Positions 10,447 to 19,237 of a stretch of 64,000 nucleotides of DNA are shown here, piece after piece. A program made the translations under genes and the position numbers. How positions within the stretch are numbered: position 1 is the first letter of the stretch; every line of letters begins with the position of its first letter. The stretch is from an uncultured Pelagibacteraceae bacterium (GTDB taxonomy: Bacteria > Pseudomonadota > Alphaproteobacteria > Pelagibacterales > Pelagibacteraceae): positions 21,057 through 85,056 of the forward strand of contig CACIHO010000004.1 in NCBI GenBank assembly GCA_902586485.1. The letters are read 5' to 3'. Below the pieces are notes generated by a model that had not been told where the DNA came from, did not search any database, and was given only the letters and a program-made list of their open reading frames with translations.

Positions 10447-10498
10447 TATGTTAACAGCGAATCAATTTGATTCGTTTAACTAAAAAAGGGAGCTAAAG

Positions 10499-10591
10499 AT
10501 GCCTAAGAAAAGAAAAAAAGCGGCAAAGAAAACTAAGAAAAAAGCTAAGAAAAAAGCTAAGAAAAAAGCAAAAAAAAGAAGAAGAAAATAG
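10499..10591 (+). CDS. Small highly basic Lys/Ala-rich peptide, histone H1/protamine-like (30 aa; not in ORF track)
   Basis: MPKKRKKAAKKTKKKAKKKAKKKAKKRRRK*. Shine-Dalgarno GGGAG 6 nt before ATG, upstream promoter and downstream terminator. Confidence 0.75.
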   Translation: MPKKRKKAAKKTKKKAKKKAKKKAKKRRRK

Positions 10592-10609
10592 TAACTTAGT
10601 ATTCTTTAC

Positions 10610-10651
10610 AAAAAACGCTTCTCATTACAGTTTGTGTGAGAGGCGTTTTTT
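10610..10651. terminator. Bidirectional intrinsic terminator between the basic peptide gene and carD
   Basis: AAAAAACGCTTCTCA...TGAGAGGCGTTTTTT hairpin with an A-tract on one side and a T-tract on the other. Confidence 0.8.
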
Positions 10652-11548
10652 TTATTCATCAATTGGTTCATCGTTATCAGAAATTGGCTCTTCTACAGGT
10701 AATTCATTACTAGTAGCTTTTGCAGCTACCACTGGCTTAGGTTGTCCATCTAAATTTCTTTTAAGCGCTTTATCTAATTTTTTCTGAGTATCCTCTAAAG
10801 AAACATTTAAAACAATCTGAAATTCAGACAAAATTCTCTCATAAGCTTTTTCAAACAATTGTCTTTCACTGTAAGATTGATCAACCATAAGATCATCTCC
10901 TTTATTTAAATCTCTAACAACTTCAGCAAGTTCGTATATTTTACCAGATGAGATTTTGGCTTCATATTCTTGTGCTCTTCTACTCCACATAGATCTTTTT
11001 ATTTTTGGTTTACTTTTTAATATTGAAATACACTTATTTACCTGGTTAATAGTTGCTAAAGGTCTTAAGTGAGACTGCTTGTTTACAGGCACCATTCCAT
11101 TAGCTTTATCTTTTTCAAATTTAATAACATATGTTTCTACATCAATTCCACCAATGTTAATTTTTTTAAATTCAGTAATTTGGCCTACCCCGTGTTTTGG
11201 ATAAACAACATGATCTTTAATTTTATACTCTCTTTTTTCAGTTTCTTGTTTTTTAACTTTTTTTATTTCAGGCTTAACTTCATTTGTTTTCGAAATTCTT
11301 AAATTATCTAATTTTGGTTCTGATTTTGTTTCTGTAACTTTTATATTTTTTTTTATTTTAGTTGTTTTGGTTAAGATTTTTTTATCAACTTTCTTAGCTT
11401 TTTTTGAAATTATTTTTTTAACTTTTTTAGCTTTTACTATTTTTTTGGGTTTTATTACTTTCTTTTTAGAAACTTTTTTTTTTACTTTTCTATTTGTTTT
11501 GCCTTTAAAGATTTTCTTTAAAATATTTTTCGTATTTATTTTGCTCAT
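10652..11548 (-). CDS. carD: CarD/CdnL family RNA polymerase-binding regulator with Lys-rich N-terminal extension
   Basis: [14 protein letters not shown] (conserved Trp), AEVVRDL and SYSER motifs. Likely start MSKINT at 11548 (start uncertain). Located after fdxA as in other alphaproteobacteria. Confidence 0.9.
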   Translation of the reverse strand: MSKINTKNILKKIFKGKTNRKVKKKVSKKKVIKPKKIVKAKKVKKIISKKAKKVDKKILTKTTKIKKNIKVTETKSEPKLDNLRISKTNEVKPEIKKVKKQETEKREYKIKDHVVYPKHGVGQITEFKKINIGGIDVETYVIKFEKDKANGMVPVNKQSHLRPLATINQVNKCISILKSKPKIKRSMWSRRAQEYEAKISSGKIYELAEVVRDLNKGDDLMVDQSYSERQLFEKAYERILSEFQIVLNVSLEDTQKKLDKALKRNLDGQPKPVVAAKATSNELPVEEPISDNDEPIDE

Positions 11549-11831
11549 TTTTAAATTTCTCATGATCCGCAGGGGGATCCTTTTTCTCATTTATGTTTGG
11601 CCAGATTTCTGAATATTTCTTATTGATCTCCAACCACTTTTCACTCCCAGGCTCAGTATCTGCTTTTATGGCATCGACAGGACATTCTGGTTCGCAAACG
11701 CCACAATCTATACACTCATCAGGTTTAATTACAAGCATATTTTTGCCTTCGTAAAAACAATCAACTGGGCAGACATCAACACAGTCTGTTAGCTTGCACT
11801 TAATACAATTGTCATTAACGATATATGTCAT
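11505..11831 (-). CDS. fdxA: 7Fe ferredoxin
   Basis: [26 protein letters not shown]...[12 protein letters not shown]. Confidence 0.93.
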   Translation of the reverse strand: MTYIVNDNCIKCKLTDCVDVCPVDCFYEGKNMLVIKPDECIDCGVCEPECPVDAIKADTEPGSEKWLEINKKYSEIWPNINEKKDPPADHEKFKNEQNKYEKYFKENL

Positions 11832-12238
11832 CCTAAATTTTTTTTAATTTTTTCTTTAATATCGCCCATGGTTTTATTGTCAATGTAAAGTAAACCCGCA
11901 AGTCGTCTCATTAAATTGGTTTCATATATATCAGCATCTTTGTTTGAATAGATTATTGACCACAAAGCCTCAATAATTTTTATTTTATCTTGCTCAGGTA
12001 ACCCTTTTACTTCTCGAGTAAAATCTAAAATTTGATTTGAATTTTCTTCAATTATTTTTGCTTCATCAATTGTTTTAGAAATATTTTCATCTTTTATACC
12101 TAGCTCATTGAGTGTTTTTTTTATAATTTCTTCCTCTACATCTGTATAATTCTCATCTATTTTAGCAGCATGAATTAATAAAGCACAAATTTTTGTGAGA
12201 AAATTATTATTTTTTATTTCTTCTTTTTTAAAAAACAT
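11828..12238 (-). CDS. TerB-like (tellurite resistance family) protein
   Basis: [10 protein letters not shown]...EE and LW.IIYS..DA..YE..LMRRLA.LL pattern. Confidence 0.75.
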   Translation of the reverse strand: MFFKKEEIKNNNFLTKICALLIHAAKIDENYTDVEEEIIKKTLNELGIKDENISKTIDEAKIIEENSNQILDFTREVKGLPEQDKIKIIEALWSIIYSNKDADIYETNLMRRLAGLLYIDNKTMGDIKEKIKKNLG

Positions 12239-12239
12239 T

Positions 12240-14720
12240 TTAATTTAAATTTAAATTTTTTAATATTTTAAATGGATTTTCGTTTGAGATCTTCTTTGTG
12301 GTAATTTTTTTAAATTTCTTATTAGGACTATATTTAAAAAATGTTTCATTTTCTTTTTCTAATATTTTATAATTCATTTTTTGAAGCAATTTTTTGAAAT
12401 TATCTTTACTACATCCCAAAAGGTTTAACATTTCTGGAACTAATTTTATTTCAGAATTTTCCTTTGAACTAGAATTTATTATTAATACAAATAATCTTTC
12501 CAAAATATCAATTCTTACAAAAAAATTATCAAATCTTTCAAATCCACACAAAAGCATAAAGTTCTTATTTTTTATTTCTTTATCGTCTAAAAAATTCAAA
12601 CCAAAGGTAGGTGGTTTTAAATTATGAAATTTTTGATAAAAATTTTTCCACAACAATGTTCGCAAAGATACGGCTTCTGGTTTAATTAATTGATAAAGGA
12701 AAACATGATATCTCCCAAACTTTACCCCTAAGTCTCTAAGAATTTTTCTTTCATTTTGTTCTAAGTTTTTTAGGTATTCAGAAACTTGATCTCGCTTTAA
12801 TACCCCATTATTTTCATAGAGTTGGTATGCCAGTGCTTTAATTGATGAATTATTTTCTTTTATATTTTTTAAATCAATTAAACTTTTAAGAACGTTATTT
12901 ATTTTTGAATGTATCCATTTATTAATATAGTCATTCAATTTTTGTTTAGTGTTTTTTTCAATAACATCATCAACAATTAAATCAAAATTAGGGTTTAAAT
13001 AATCATTACCTGTTGTTAATTTGGCAATTGGGAAATCATTCCAATAAATTTTAAAATCTTCATTCAAACTAATTAATCCTGTATCAATTATTGATTGAAC
13101 ACGTTTTTCTAATTCTGGACCAATAGTTTGCCTAGCAGCTTTTTTTAAAGATTTAATATCAGTTTCCAAAGCACCTTTTTTTAGATCTAGTTCTAATTTT
13201 AGTCCTTTTATCTTTCCGATGAATTGATCGTCAATTTTAACATCATTGTTTTCTAAAATTTCAGTTTTAAATTCCATATCTTGTTTTAAACCTCTAGCGA
13301 GCACACTTGCTCTTTTGTCAATAAAAGTTTTAGTAAGTTCTTCATGTAATCTGTCTGAAAGTCTATCTTCTAAGTGTTTAGTTTTTTCAATCCAATAACT
13401 TTGATTTTGTACCCAATTATTTTTATTCGAAACATATGACCAAGTTCTGACATTTGCAATTCTATTTGATAAAGAATCTACATTTCCATCTAATTTATCT
13501 AGTTTCATGAGCTGTAATCTCATATAATCTTCAGAAATTAGTCCTTTTTTACTAGTTAAAAATTTAAATACATTTCCAATCACCTCAAAATGATTTCCAT
13601 AAGTTTTTTTAACAAAATCAGGTATTTGGCAACATTCCCATAAGAGCATTAAAGTTTTATTATCAAACCCTCTATTTAAAATTTTTTGATCTTTTAAAAA
13701 ATATTTAAGTGCTTTTTCATCCTCACATTCATGAATTTTTCTTAGCCATTCCACCTGAGGTTTTTCCTCTAAACTTTTAATTAAACTAATTGGGTTATTG
13801 AAATTAAGATTTGAATTTCTCCAAAACAAAGTTATAATTTCTTCAAATTTATGATTTTCTAATAATTCTACCTCTTCCGGAGATATTTCTTTGCAGTCAC
13901 CAGTAATACCAAAACCTCCATCGTTAAGGTATCTACCAGCTCTACCAGCTATTTGACCTATTTCAGATAGATTTAATCTTCTTAATTTTTTTCCATCAAA
14001 TTTCTTAACATTTGAAAAATAAACAAAATCTAAATCCATATTAATTCCCATTCCAACTGCATCTGTTGCAACTAAGAAATCGACATCCCCGGATTGATAT
14101 AATTCAACTTGGGCATTTCTTGTTTTTGGACTTAGTGATCCCATTACAATAGCAGCACCACCCTTTTGTCTTCTTATTAACTCAGCAATTGCATAAACCT
14201 CCTCTGCTGAAAACGCAATGATTGCTGTTTTTCTTTCAATTCTTGATATTTTTTTATGACCAGCGTAGGTAAGTTTAGATAGCCGTTCTCTATTTATAAA
14301 TTCAATATCTGCATCTAATTTTGAAATAATATTTTTAATGGTGCTTGAACCCATTAACATTGTAAGTTTTTCTCCCCTCATATTTAAGAGTCTATCAGTA
14401 AAAATATGACCTCTTTCATGATCAGAGCACATTTGAATCTCGTCTACGCCAACAAACTCTAAATGTTTGTCAATTGGCATAGACTCAACTGTGCATAAAA
14501 AATATTTAGCATTAGGTGGGATTATTTTTTCTTCTCCAGTTATAAGTGCAACTTTATCTAAACTTATTTTCTTGATTACTTTGTCATATACTTCTCTTGC
14601 AAGTAATCTAAGTGGAAATCCAATCATACCATTTTCAAAAGAAAGCATGGTTTCGATAGCAAGATGGGTTTTGCCTGTATTAGTAGGACCGAGAACAGCT
14701 GTAATTTTATTTTTAGTCAT
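12240..14720 (-). CDS. SUV3/MgpS-like SF2 helicase
   Basis: LGPTNTGKT, CTVESM, DEIQ, ATDAVGMGIN and QIAGRAGR motifs. Confidence 0.9.
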   Translation of the reverse strand: MTKNKITAVLGPTNTGKTHLAIETMLSFENGMIGFPLRLLAREVYDKVIKKISLDKVALITGEEKIIPPNAKYFLCTVESMPIDKHLEFVGVDEIQMCSDHERGHIFTDRLLNMRGEKLTMLMGSSTIKNIISKLDADIEFINRERLSKLTYAGHKKISRIERKTAIIAFSAEEVYAIAELIRRQKGGAAIVMGSLSPKTRNAQVELYQSGDVDFLVATDAVGMGINMDLDFVYFSNVKKFDGKKLRRLNLSEIGQIAGRAGRYLNDGGFGITGDCKEISPEEVELLENHKFEEIITLFWRNSNLNFNNPISLIKSLEEKPQVEWLRKIHECEDEKALKYFLKDQKILNRGFDNKTLMLLWECCQIPDFVKKTYGNHFEVIGNVFKFLTSKKGLISEDYMRLQLMKLDKLDGNVDSLSNRIANVRTWSYVSNKNNWVQNQSYWIEKTKHLEDRLSDRLHEELTKTFIDKRASVLARGLKQDMEFKTEILENNDVKIDDQFIGKIKGLKLELDLKKGALETDIKSLKKAARQTIGPELEKRVQSIIDTGLISLNEDFKIYWNDFPIAKLTTGNDYLNPNFDLIVDDVIEKNTKQKLNDYINKWIHSKINNVLKSLIDLKNIKENNSSIKALAYQLYENNGVLKRDQVSEYLKNLEQNERKILRDLGVKFGRYHVFLYQLIKPEAVSLRTLLWKNFYQKFHNLKPPTFGLNFLDDKEIKNKNFMLLCGFERFDNFFVRIDILERLFVLIINSSSKENSEIKLVPEMLNLLGCSKDNFKKLLQKMNYKILEKENETFFKYSPNKKFKKITTKKISNENPFKILKNLNLN

Positions 14721-14893
14721 TTCTATCTTTTGTGCTTCTTTATTTTTACCTACCAGATATTGTTACTGCTAAAGAACAAAAATAGACTAAAACATGACCG
14801 AATCGGAGGGTAAAAAGTTCTCATTTTCTTTTAAATGTTAGTGAGATTATCATAAATAAGATTAATTCTATAATAGTAATTTGAACTAATAAA

Positions 14894-16855
14894 ATGAGTA
14901 AAAAACTTTGGCAACCCTCTTTAATTGAAAAAAAAAATTCAAATTTATTTGCTTTTGAAAATTATATTTCAAAAAAATTAAAAATAAAATTCAATAGAAA
15001 TTATAAAAAATTATTAAATTGGAGCATTAAAAACTCACCTGAGTTTTGGAGTAAATTTTGGGATTTTAGCAAAATAAAAGGAACTAAAAGTAAAAAAAAA
15101 TTTAGAAAATCAAAAACTTTTTACAAAAATTTATTTTTACCAGGTAGCAAACTAAATTTTGGTGAAAATTTATTATCAAAAAATAATAAAGAAAAAGCAA
15201 TAACTTTTATTAGTGAAAATGGATTTAGAGAAGAAAGATCATGGAGACAATTAAATTTAAATACTAATAAAATTTCAAAATTTCTGAAAAAAATAAATAT
15301 TAAAAAAGGAGACAGAGTAGCAGCCTATATGCCAAATACTATTCAAACGGTTGAAGCATTCATTGCTACAACTTCCTTGGGGGGTATTTGGTCTTCTTGT
15401 AGTCCTGATTTTGGTTCTAAAGGTGTTATAGAAAGATTTTCTCAAATTAATCCAAAAGTTTTATTCATCACTGATCAGTATTTTTATAATGGAAAAAAAA
15501 TAGATGTTTTAAATAGACTTCCAGAGATTTTAAAATTAATCCCATCAATTAAAAATGTTGTAATTAGTAATTACCCTGGAAAAAAATTTATTAAAAAAAA
15601 ATTTAAATTTAAAAAAATTAATTTTTTTAACTGGAATGAATTAATGCAAACTAATGATGAAAAAATTAATTATAAAAGGTTTGATTTTGAAACAAAGTTA
15701 GCAATATTGTATTCAAGTGGAACTACTGGAAAACCCAAATGTATTTGTCATAGATCTGGTGGTGTTTTAATCCAGCATATGAAGGAACATCAATTACATT
15801 GTAATATTAAAGAAAATGATAATGTTTTTTATTTTACTACTTGTGGATGGATGATGTGGAATTGGTTAGTTAGTTCATTAGCTTCTAAGGCATCTATTGT
15901 TCTATTTGATGGATCGCCAATGTTTAAATCAGCAGATTTGCTTTTGAAAATAGCACAAACAGAAGAAATAACTTTATTTGGAATAAGTGCGAAGTATGTA
16001 GATGCTTTAAGAAAATTTAAACCAAAATTAAAATATAAATTCAAACTAAATAAATTAAGAACAATTTGTTCAACTGGGTCACCTCTTTCAGAGGAGAGTT
16101 TTAAATATGTTTATAAACATATTAAAAAAAATGTACACTTGTCATCTATTTCTGGTGGTACTGACATTGTCTCATGCTTTGTGTTAGGAAATTTATATCA
16201 GCCAGTAAACATAGGAGAAATACAAAACAATGGTTTGGCTTTAGATGTAGACGTACTAAGTGATAAAGGTAAGTCTTTAAAAAATAGTAAAGGAGAACTT
16301 GTCTGTAAAAATCCTTTTCCATCAATGCCTTTAAAGTTTTGGAATGATAAAAATGATATTAAGTTTAAGAGTGCTTATTTTAATAAATTTAAAAATATAT
16401 GGCACCATGGAGATTACGCAGAGATAAAAAATAGTGGCGGGTATATAATTCATGGAAGATCAGATACTACCTTAAATCCAGGTGGTGTAAGACTTGGAAC
16501 AGCAGAGATATATTCAGAAGTTGAAAAATTTAAAGAAATAAAAGAGTCTATCGTTGTAGGACAATCATGGGATAATGATGTTAGAATAGTTTTATTTATT
16601 GTAATGAGCAAAAATTATTCATTAACAGCAGAATTAATTAACAAAATTAAATTAAAAATAAAAAAAAATGCATCTCCTAGACATGTTCCAAGTAAAATTA
16701 TTGTTGTAAAAGATATACCTCGAACAAAAAGTGGTAAAATAGTTGAACTTGCAGTTAAAAGTAAGATAGAAGGAAGTCAAATTAAAAACATTGAAGCTTT
16801 AGCAAATCCAGAAGCTCTAGAACAATTTAATAATTTAAAAGAATTGAGCAATTAA
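14894..16855 (+). CDS. Acetoacetate-CoA ligase
   Basis: WSSCSPDFG, YSSGTTGKPKCI, TTCGWMMWNW, SGGTDI, GRSDTTLNPGGVR and PRTKSGK motifs. Confidence 0.92.
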   Translation: MSKKLWQPSLIEKKNSNLFAFENYISKKLKIKFNRNYKKLLNWSIKNSPEFWSKFWDFSKIKGTKSKKKFRKSKTFYKNLFLPGSKLNFGENLLSKNNKEKAITFISENGFREERSWRQLNLNTNKISKFLKKINIKKGDRVAAYMPNTIQTVEAFIATTSLGGIWSSCSPDFGSKGVIERFSQINPKVLFITDQYFYNGKKIDVLNRLPEILKLIPSIKNVVISNYPGKKFIKKKFKFKKINFFNWNELMQTNDEKINYKRFDFETKLAILYSSGTTGKPKCICHRSGGVLIQHMKEHQLHCNIKENDNVFYFTTCGWMMWNWLVSSLASKASIVLFDGSPMFKSADLLLKIAQTEEITLFGISAKYVDALRKFKPKLKYKFKLNKLRTICSTGSPLSEESFKYVYKHIKKNVHLSSISGGTDIVSCFVLGNLYQPVNIGEIQNNGLALDVDVLSDKGKSLKNSKGELVCKNPFPSMPLKFWNDKNDIKFKSAYFNKFKNIWHHGDYAEIKNSGGYIIHGRSDTTLNPGGVRLGTAEIYSEVEKFKEIKESIVVGQSWDNDVRIVLFIVMSKNYSLTAELINKIKLKIKKNASPRHVPSKIIVVKDIPRTKSGKIVELAVKSKIEGSQIKNIEALANPEALEQFNNLKELSN

Positions 16856-18082
16856 ATGTTAAAAAATCTTGTCAAAGACCTAAAGCCATCATCTACTCTT
16901 GCAATTAACGAAACTTCAAAACAACTAGAACGACAAGGAAAAAAAATCTTTAAATTTGGTTTTGGACAATCACCATTTAAAGTACCTGAAGATGTTGTTG
17001 AAGAATTAAAAAGTAATGCCTATCAAAACAAATATCTACCCATGCAGGGCCTTGAGGAATTAAGGAAAGCTGTAGCGAAATATTCATCTAAAAAGAAAAA
17101 TTATAACTACAAAGCAAACAATGTAATAATTGGACCAGGATCTAAAGAATTAATGTTTTTATTGCATGTAATTTTTGATGGTGAAATTATTTTGCCAGCA
17201 CCCAGTTGGGTTTCATATGCACCGCAAGCTATTTTAGGGAGAAATAAAATTCAAATTCTCCAAACAGAAAGAGAAAACAACTGGTTTCCTACTGGAGCAC
17301 AAATTGAAAAAATCATGTCAAAAGATAAAAATAAAAATTATTTATTATTTTTAAATTCACCAAACAATCCTTCCGGACAGGTTTGTAACAAACTAGAAGA
17401 AATCTCAGAAATTGCCAAAAAGTATAATCTTATAATTTTATCAGATGAAATATATTCAGAATTAACATTTTCAAAAAATTTTAAATCTATATCAAGTTAT
17501 TGTCCTGAAAAAACTATTATTAGTACTGGACTTAGTAAATGGTGTGGTGCAGGAGGATGGAGACTTGGTTATTTTATAATTCCAGATGATTTAAGTAATA
17601 TAAAAAACATGATCAATGTATTAGCTAGTGAAACTTTTTCTGCTGTTAGCGCACCTATTCAGTATGCAGCAATCAAAGCTTATGAAAATGATCATTCAAA
17701 TTATATTACAAAATCAGTAAATATTTTAAGTGCAGTTGGTAAATATGTTTTTTCAAACTTAAAATCTAACAAGGTGTTGATTAATGAACCTCATGGAGGA
17801 TTTTATTTAATGCCAGAATTTTTAAATAACAAATTTAAAACTTCATCAGATATGTGTAAGAATATATTAAATAATACTGGAGTTGCTTTATTACCAGGTT
17901 CTGATTTTGGGTTTAATCCAGATAAAATGTTAGCAAGGTTAAGTTTTACAGATTTTGATGGACAAGAGTTTATGAATAATATTGATGAAACAAAAAAAAT
18001 TGATGAAAATCTTATAAAAAAGTTTGCGCCAAAAGTAGTAGAAGGTGTAAATAAACTAAAGAATTGGTCAGAAAACTTATAA
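16856..18082 (+). CDS. Class I/II PLP-dependent aminotransferase (aspartate aminotransferase-like)
   Basis: NSPNNPSG, SDEIY and GLSK...GWRLG motifs. Confidence 0.88.
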   Translation: MLKNLVKDLKPSSTLAINETSKQLERQGKKIFKFGFGQSPFKVPEDVVEELKSNAYQNKYLPMQGLEELRKAVAKYSSKKKNYNYKANNVIIGPGSKELMFLLHVIFDGEIILPAPSWVSYAPQAILGRNKIQILQTERENNWFPTGAQIEKIMSKDKNKNYLLFLNSPNNPSGQVCNKLEEISEIAKKYNLIILSDEIYSELTFSKNFKSISSYCPEKTIISTGLSKWCGAGGWRLGYFIIPDDLSNIKNMINVLASETFSAVSAPIQYAAIKAYENDHSNYITKSVNILSAVGKYVFSNLKSNKVLINEPHGGFYLMPEFLNNKFKTSSDMCKNILNNTGVALLPGSDFGFNPDKMLARLSFTDFDGQEFMNNIDETKKIDENLIKKFAPKVVEGVNKLKNWSENL

Positions 18083-18111
18083 AATCACTCTGTACACCTA
18101 CGATTATTTTT

Positions 18112-18120
18112 TGTTAGAAT
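18112..18120 (+). promoter_or_regulatory. Extended -10 promoter for the TAXI solute-binding gene
   Basis: TGtTAGAAT about 40 nt upstream of the ATG; GAGGGG Shine-Dalgarno at 18150-18155. Confidence 0.5.
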
Positions 18121-18161
18121 AAACTTATAAAAATAACGACATAAAAATAGAGGGGTAAACA

Positions 18162-19166
18162 ATGAAAAAAATAATCACATCTCTATCAAGCGCTTTACTG
18201 ATTTTATTTGCATCATTGTCTTTGACAACTGTTGCTAAATCAGCTGAGTTCTTCACGATAGGAACAGGCGGACCTACAGGAGTATATTTCCAAACAGGGA
18301 ACGCTATATGTAAAATGCTTCACAAATCAGCGATTAGTGCTGAACATGGTAGAAAAAAAGGTACAGCTAAAGCTTATAGATGTACTGCTCCATCCACTGG
18401 TGGATCTAACTACAATATTGGTCAGATAGCAGCTGGAGAATTCCAATTTGGTGTAGCGCAATCAGACTGGCAGTATCATGCTGTTAATGGATCTAGTAAA
18501 TGGGAAGGAAAACAATTTAGTAATTTAAGAGCAGTTTTCTCAGTTCACAATGAGCCTTTTCAAATTTGGGCTAGAAAAAAAGCAAAAATTAAAGATTTTG
18601 CTGGATTAAAAGGAAAAGTAGTTAACATCGGTAATCCTGGTTCAGGTCAAAGAGGAACTATGGAAGAACTGATGAAAGCGATGGGTGTTGATAATAGTTT
18701 CTTTAAATCAACAACTGAACTTACTTCTTCTGAACAAGTTAAAGCGCTATGTGACGGAAAAATAGATGCATTTGGTTATTCAGTTGGATTTCCAAATGGT
18801 GCTATGGAACAAGCAGCAACTTGTGCAGCTAAAGCATCTCCAATTAATTTAACAGGTTCTGAGGTTCAAGGTTTAATTAATGGTGCAGATTATTATGCAC
18901 AGGCAGTAATACCTAAAGGAACTTACACAGGTCAGAAAAAAGATGCTACAACTTTTGGTGTAAAAGCTACTGTTGTTACTTCTGCAGATGTATCTGAAGA
19001 GCTTGTTTATTTAGTTACAAAAGCTGTGATGGAAAATTTTGATGATTTCAAAAAACAACATCCAGCATTTGGATTCTTGGAAAAGAAAAACATGATTAAA
19101 GATGGTTTATCTGCTCCACTACATCCAGGAGCAATAAAATATTATAAAGAAGCTGGGTTAATGTAA
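18162..19166 (+). CDS. TAXI family TRAP transporter solute-binding protein
   Basis: Signal peptide, IGTGGPTGVYF, STGGS..N, AQSD, GNPGSG and PLHPGA..YY motifs. Confidence 0.93.
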   Translation: MKKIITSLSSALLILFASLSLTTVAKSAEFFTIGTGGPTGVYFQTGNAICKMLHKSAISAEHGRKKGTAKAYRCTAPSTGGSNYNIGQIAAGEFQFGVAQSDWQYHAVNGSSKWEGKQFSNLRAVFSVHNEPFQIWARKKAKIKDFAGLKGKVVNIGNPGSGQRGTMEELMKAMGVDNSFFKSTTELTSSEQVKALCDGKIDAFGYSVGFPNGAMEQAATCAAKASPINLTGSEVQGLINGADYYAQAVIPKGTYTGQKKDATTFGVKATVVTSADVSEELVYLVTKAVMENFDDFKKQHPAFGFLEKKNMIKDGLSAPLHPGAIKYYKEAGLM

Positions 19167-19183
19167 TCCAATTTTTATTAATT

Positions 19184-19219
19184 AAAAAGGCCTGGTAATT
19201 TTTACCGGGCCTTTTTTTT
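19184..19219 (+). terminator. Intrinsic terminator/stabilising hairpin after the TAXI solute-binding gene
   Basis: AAAAAGGCCTGGTAA-TTT-TTACCGGGCCTTTTTTTT. Confidence 0.85.
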
Positions 19220-19237
19220 ATGGTATGAATAATTTGA

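Noticed and set aside
10499-10591. 12-bp tandem repeat as a CRISPR array or non-coding microsatellite
   Set aside because: No spacers or cas genes. The repeat is in frame, varies at synonymous positions, and lies between an RBS/ATG and a stop codon.
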